From contig NC_086118.1 of NCBI RefSeq assembly GCF_963921235.1, positions 29,142,001-29,206,000 of the forward strand: a stretch of 64,000 nt of DNA. The letters are read 5' to 3'. Both the position numbers and the translations under genes were made by a program. Positions 63,271 through 64,000 of this stretch are shown here, piece after piece (position 1 is the stretch's first letter; every line of letters begins with the position of its first letter). The stretch is from Mobula hypostoma (taxonomy: Eukaryota). The notes under the pieces were generated by a model, which saw nothing but the letters and a program-made list of their open reading frames with translations, was not told the DNA's origin and made no database searches.

Positions 63271-63790
63271 CTATTGTGTCTCGAGACAGAGATGAAAGTG
63301 TGATTCTATACACAAGCTTGTTATTCACTATTCCAACCCCTCCTCTCACTCCCTTTGCTATACTTAGATATTGATATTGTAAGTAAATTTCTGCAAAATA
63401 TTTCAGTAATAAAATGAAAACCATGAGAAAGAATGACACGCTGAAGTACATATGATTTACAAGCCAATGCATTAGCCATTAGCCTGAAAAATGTCAGATC
63501 AATAATTTCACCAGCTGGGTGACTTAAATTGTCTACACAACCTAATCGTGAGGAATATAGCAACTGTTCCAGAACTGCAGAATACAAAGAAATGCATACA
63601 GTTTCAATTTTGAAGCAATTAATACAGGTAAACATTCTTCTGTTATTTTAACCATTGAAACTTTGGAGGTCAAATATTTTCCGAACTTTATATAACTAAT
63701 CATTAATCAATGAATTATTTATAAATTATCTCTCAAGTATTCCAATATATGTTAGCCTGGAGGAAAGTTTTGTAATGAATGGCAGGAAGC

Positions 63791-64000
63791 AGGGATGGCG
63801 TGGTAGCATAGTGGTTCGCACAATGCTTGACGGTACTAGTGACCTGGGCTCAATTCCCATCATTGTCTGCAAGGAGTTTGTATGATGGCGTGGGTTTCCT
63901 CCAGGTGCTTCGGTTTCCTCACACAGTCTAAAGACATACCGGTTGTTAGATTAATTGGCCATTGTAATTTGTCCCATGATTAGGTTAGAGTGAAATTGGG
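63791..64000 (+). mobile_element. V-SINE (runs off the window)
   Basis: ggtagcatagtggtt A box, cctgggctcaattccc B box, V core gtgggtttcctccaggtgcttcggtttcctcacacagtctaaagac. Confidence 0.85.

Noticed and set aside
447..63635. The many 60-150-aa ORFs of the six-frame track as host genes
   Set aside because: Those with recognisable motifs are TE fragments. The rest are short, low-complexity or antisense frames, and I could not build a consistent exon chain.

Overview
AT-rich eukaryotic, non-coding DNA. The repeat set (CR1, Rex1/Babar, L2, RTE, HE1/V-SINE-like and Deu-like SINEs, Penelope pLTR hairpins) suggests a cartilaginous fish, probably a ray; this is an inference from family resemblance. 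I found no host protein-coding exon, rRNA, true tRNA or CRISPR. Roughly half of the window is nested, mostly decayed transposable elements: CR1 and Rex1/Babar LINEs, a Gypsy LTR remnant, two Tc1 elements, a hAT with a 7-bp TSD and several SINEs. These are separated by TE-poor stretches that look like conserved non-coding or enhancer DNA of a gene desert or large intron. The standout is a young 1.33-kb palindromic Penelope-like insertion (35618-36952). It has a 15-bp TSD, two 552-bp inverted arms that each carry a minimal hammerhead ribozyme, and a 35-nt tail on one side only. The inversion junction supplies an in-frame ATG to an intact stand-alone GIY-YIG endonuclease ORF. The outer 239 bp of the two arms are identical while the inner ~313 bp differ at ~20 sites. 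Smaller, older relatives of the same design occur elsewhere in the window. Also notable are a full-length non-coding retroelement family with no tRNA head, a Pol II-type 5' end and a 3' stem-loop + (AATCT)n tail, and a Gypsy remnant flanked by a ~130-bp host duplication. Boundaries of decayed repeats are approximate and family names come from motif recognition by eye, not from a database search.
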